DNA of 64,000 nt from Chitinophaga pinensis (GTDB taxonomy: Bacteria; Cyanobacteriota; Cyanobacteriia; PCC-6307; Cyanobiaceae), in assembly GCA_943368105.1 (NCBI GenBank), contig CALRKO020000010.1:11259-75258 (forward strand), written 5' to 3'. A model generated the notes under the pieces. That model saw nothing but the letters and a program-made list of their open reading frames with translations, was not told the DNA's origin and ran no database searches. The position numbers and the translations under genes were made by a program. This document shows positions 60,466 to 64,000 of the stretch, piece after piece (the stretch's first letter is position 1; each line of letters starts with the position of its first letter).

Positions 60466-63400
60466 TCAAGTTAGCGGCTGCCCCTGCGGACGGACCGGCG
60501 GGGCCGCCCCCGGCGCGTCCCCGAGCAGCAGCCGCTGGAAGGCGCCGCTGGCCATGGGCCTGCCGATCCAGTAGCCCTGGATCTCATCGCAGCCCGCCCG
60601 GCGCAGCAGCTCCACCTGCTCCGGCGTCTCCACCCCCTCGGCGATGGCGCGCATGCCCATCGTCCGGGCCAGGTTGATGATCGTGAGCACGATGGCGTGG
60701 TCGTCCCTGTCGGCGGCCAGGCCCCGCACGAACGACTGGTCGATCTTGAGCTTGTGGGCGCGGATGCGCTTGAGGTAGCTCAGGGAGGAATAGCCCGTGC
60801 CGAAGTCGTCGATGGCCAGCTGGATGCCCTCGTTGAACAGGCGATCCATCAGCAGCACCGCCCGCTCGGGGTTGTCCAGCGTCACCGACTCGGTGAGCTC
60901 CAGCTCCAGCCGTGCCGGGGGCAGCCGCTCCTCCTCCAGCAGCCGCAGCACCCGGCCGGGCAGGTCGCTGTCGCGGAACTGCACCGCCGAGATGTTCACC
61001 GACACGGTGAGGGCCGAGGCCTGCACTCCGGGCTGCACCCAGCCGGCCGCATCGCGCAGCGCCTGGCGCAGCACCCAGTCGCCGATGGGCACGATCAGGC
61101 CGTTGGCCTCCGCGATGGGGATGAACTCCCCCGGCGACACCGGCCCCAGCTCCGCCGTGGTCCAGCGCAGCAGGGCCTCCGCCCCGATGATGCGGTTGGT
61201 GCGCAGGTCCAACTGGGGCTGGTAGAGCAGCTGGAATTCGCGCCGCTCCAGGGCCTGGTGCAGGGCGTTGGAGAGGCGCAGGTGGCGGGAGCTGCGCTGC
61301 TGCACGCTGGGGGTGAAGAACTGGAAGTTGTTGCGGCTCTCCTGCTTCACCTGGTGCATCGCCGCATCGGCGTTGCTCATCAGGGTTTCGATCGTGGTGC
61401 CGTCCTCCGGGTAGAGGGCGATGCCGATCGAGGCGGTGAGGAACAGCGGCTCGTCCTGCACCTGGTAGGGCAGCGCCACCGTCTGGATCAGCCGGCGCAC
61501 CACCTCCAGGGCCGTGTCGGCGCCGGCGTCGGGCAGCAGCACCAGGAACTCATCGCTGCCGGAGCGCGACAGGGTGTCGCCCGGCCGCAGCTGGGCCTCC
61601 AGGCGCCGCGCCACCTCCACCAGCAGCCGGTCGCCCACCTGGTGGCCCAGGCTGTCGTTGATGGTCTTGAAGTGGTCCAGGTCCAGGTTGAGCAGGCTCA
61701 GGGGGCGGCCCTGCTGGCGGGCCAGCCCCAGGGCGTTGCGGAAGCGGTCGCGCAGCAGCACCCGGTTGGCCAGGCCGGTGAGCTGGTCGGAGTAGGCCAG
61801 GCGCTTGATCTGCTCAGTGGCGAACTTGCGCTCGGTGATGTCCCGCGTCACGCCGTGCAGCTCGATGCGGCCGGTGCCGGGGTTGCGCACCAGGTTGGTC
61901 ACCACCTCCGTCCAGACGCTGGAGCCGTCCCGGCAGGGCTGCTCCACCTCGTCCACCGACACGATCTCGCTGGTGCGCAGGCCCTGCCGGAACTCCTCCA
62001 GCTCGGCCTGGATCTGCTCCTGCATGCGCCGGCCGCACTCCGGCAGCAGCGAGGCCGCGAACGGCTGGGCGGTCACCTCCTCCGGGCTGTAGCCCCGCAG
62101 CCGCTTCACCGAGGGGCTCACGTAGAGGTAGCGCATGCTCTCGGGGTCGAGGGTCCAGATCACGTCGTGGATCGACTCCGTCAGTTCGCGGTACTTGGCC
62201 TCGCTGGCGGCCACGTCCTGCTCGAGCCGGCGGCGGGTGGCCTGGGAGCTGAGGCGGTCGAGGGCGAAGTCGATGTCCCGCACCATCTCGATCAGCAGGT
62301 CCTGGCTCTGGTGGTCGAAGCCGTTCACCTCCCCCAGGTAGAGCGCCATGCCACCGATCACGGCCCCGTCGCGGTGCAGGGGCAGGGCGGCGCCCGAGCC
62401 CCAGCCGTAGTGGCGGGCGCGCTCGCGCCAGGGCTCCAGGCGGGGGTCGTTCTGGAAGTCCTGGCACCAGTGGGGGCGGTCCTCCCGCAGGGCCCGCCCC
62501 ATGGGGCCCTGACCCGTGGGGTCGTCGGGGTCGGTGGTGATGCGCAGGCCCCGCAGGTACTCGACCCCCTCCCCGGCCCAGGCCACCGCCTGCAGCTGGT
62601 GGCCGAGGGGATCCAGCAGACCCACCCAGGCCATCCGCATGCCGCCGGAGGTCACGGCGATCTGGCAGATCTCCCGCAGCAGGGCGGTGCCGTCCTCCAG
62701 GCGGGCGATGGCCTGGTTGGAGCGGCTCAGGGCGGTGTAGAGCCGTTGCAGGCGCTCGATCCGCTGGGCATCCCGCCGTCGGCCCGTGATGTCGCGGCTG
62801 AGCAGCAGGAAGCGCGCCTGCCCCTGGGAGGGCAGCGTGCGCCGCGACACCGACAGCTCGAACCAGGCCTCGCCGCCGGGCACCGGCAGCAGGATCTCCT
62901 GGCCGCTGGCGTAGCCCTGGCGCTCCGCCAGGGCCAGGGCCTCCAGCACCGCGCCGGCCGCCGCCGCCGGCAGCACCTCGCGCACGTGGCGGTTCACCTG
63001 CTGCTCCGCCGGCTGGGTCAGCAGGTCGCGGCGGGGGCTGTGGACGGCCAGGATCTGCCCCTCGGCCGAGAGCTCGATCAGGGGATCGGGGATGGCATCG
63101 ATGGTGCTGGCCAGCACATCCCGGGCCTCGGCCAGTTCCCGGGTGCGCCGCTGCACCAGGATCCGCAGGCTGGCCGCCCAGATCGCCAGCAGGCCGCTGA
63201 GGGCCGCCCCGGCCGCCAGCACGGTCAGCCCGTGGCGCGCCAGCCAGCTCCACCTCCCCTGGAGCTGCACCCCCGTGCCCAGCCACTTGCGCTCCATGGC
63301 GCTCTCCTCGGCGGCGCTGATCCGGTTGAAGCCGGCCACCACGGTGTCCCGCAGGGCGAGCCTGTCCCGGCGCACCGCCTCGTACATGCCCGAGGTGTAG

Positions 63401-64000
63401 AGCGGCGGCGACTGCAGGAACCGCTCGACCAGCCCCTCCTGGGTGAGCAGGTAGTTGGCCGGCAGCTCGTTCATGCAGAACACGTGCAGGCTGCGGTTGC
63501 GGGCCGCCTGGATCAGGGCGTCGTAGTTGGGGTAGACCCGGAAGGTGCGGTTGCCGGCGGCCTTCAGCTTCTCGATGCACACGTCGCCCGAGCGCACCCC
63601 CACCGTGAACGACTTGCTGGTCTTGAGGTCGACGATGCCGCTCAGGGCGCGGTTGTAGTAGAGGCGGACATCCACCTCCAGGTAGGGCTTGGTGAAGGCG
63701 TAGAGCCGTTCGCGGGCCGTGGTGCGGGCCATGGCCGCGATCACATCGGCGCGGCCGCTCTGCACCGCCTTCTGCGCCTCCAGCCAGTCCATGGCCTGGA
63801 GCTGCACCGGGATGCCGGTGCGGCGCTGCCACAGCTCCCAGCGATCCCGCGCCAGCCCCTGGATCCTGCCCTCGCGGTCCACGAAGCTGATGGGCGGGAA
63901 GGCATCACTGACCACCACCCGCACCGGGGCGCGGCGGGCGGCCACCCCGGCCCTGGGACCCGCCACCGGCCCCGCGCTGGGCTCAGCCGCCGTCGTCGCC
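60466..64000 (-). CDS. Periplasmic SBP(family 3)-TM-PAS-GAF-PAS-GGDEF(GSDEF)-EAL protein, 5'-truncated by the window edge
   Basis: DAFPPISFVD...DWLEAQ...FTKPY SBP; GSDEF at 61546-61560; intact EAL motifs; frame stays open from 63966 to the window end. Confidence 0.93.
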   Translation of the reverse strand, partial: ATTAAEPSAGPVAGPRAGVAARRAPVRVVVSDAFPPISFVDREGRIQGLARDRWELWQRRTGIPVQLQAMDWLEAQKAVQSGRADVIAAMARTTARERLYAFTKPYLEVDVRLYYNRALSGIVDLKTSKSFTVGVRSGDVCIEKLKAAGNRTFRVYPNYDALIQAARNRSLHVFCMNELPANYLLTQEGLVERFLQSPPLYTSGMYEAVRRDRLALRDTVVAGFNRISAAEESAMERKWLGTGVQLQGRWSWLARHGLTVLAAGAALSGLLAIWAASLRILVQRRTRELAEARDVLASTIDAIPDPLIELSAEGQILAVHSPRRDLLTQPAEQQVNRHVREVLPAAAAGAVLEALALAERQGYASGQEILLPVPGGEAWFELSVSRRTLPSQGQARFLLLSRDITGRRRDAQRIERLQRLYTALSRSNQAIARLEDGTALLREICQIAVTSGGMRMAWVGLLDPLGHQLQAVAWAGEGVEYLRGLRITTDPDDPTGQGPMGRALREDRPHWCQDFQNDPRLEPWRERARHYGWGSGAALPLHRDGAVIGGMALYLGEVNGFDHQSQDLLIEMVRDIDFALDRLSSQATRRRLEQDVAASEAKYRELTESIHDVIWTLDPESMRYLYVSPSVKRLRGYSPEEVTAQPFAASLLPECGRRMQEQIQAELEEFRQGLRTSEIVSVDEVEQPCRDGSSVWTEVVTNLVRNPGTGRIELHGVTRDITERKFATEQIKRLAYSDQLTGLANRVLLRDRFRNALGLARQQGRPLSLLNLDLDHFKTINDSLGHQVGDRLLVEVARRLEAQLRPGDTLSRSGSDEFLVLLPDAGADTALEVVRRLIQTVALPYQVQDEPLFLTASIGIALYPEDGTTIETLMSNADAAMHQVKQESRNNFQFFTPSVQQRSSRHLRLSNALHQALERREFQLLYQPQLDLRTNRIIGAEALLRWTTAELGPVSPGEFIPIAEANGLIVPIGDWVLRQALRDAAGWVQPGVQASALTVSVNISAVQFRDSDLPGRVLRLLEEERLPPARLELELTESVTLDNPERAVLLMDRLFNEGIQLAIDDFGTGYSSLSYLKRIRAHKLKIDQSFVRGLAADRDDHAIVLTIINLARTMGMRAIAEGVETPEQVELLRRAGCDEIQGYWIGRPMASGAFQRLLLGDAPGAAPPVRPQGQPLT

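Overview
Very GC-rich (by eye >70%) chromosomal segment of a Cyanobium/Synechococcus-type picocyanobacterium. About 57 kb is conserved core genome: rnd, ccb1, hemF, mrp/apbC, rodA, psaD, trpE, gshA, ppc, recF, speD, larE, cobO, moeB + JAMM protease, curT, crtD, tyrA, recA, ycf45, ldpA, ndhN, the S10-spc-alpha ribosomal supercluster (rplC to rplQ, with secY, adk, rpoA), truA, rplM-rpsI-rpmE, prfA, alr, psaI-psaL, and three tRNAs (Arg-CCG, Gln-TTG, Ser-GCT). I found no CRISPR array, IS element, prophage gene or rRNA. The last 7 kb, after the psaL terminator, is an accessory-looking c-di-GMP module: a stand-alone PilZ receptor converging on two tandem paralogous PAS-GAF-PAS-GGDEF-EAL proteins. 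Both have intact EAL domains, but their cyclase domains are degenerate at different positions, and only one carries a periplasmic substrate-binding sensor. Other leads: an HNH protein whose N-terminus resembles the PLMP domain (IshB/OMEGA-like architecture), a K+-channel-like gene with a GGVGYGD filter, a three-cysteine LarE beside a MoeZ-JAMM pair, a probable ATT start for recF, bidirectional -10 heptamers, and structured ribosomal-operon leaders. All calls come from reading motifs; no database searches were run.
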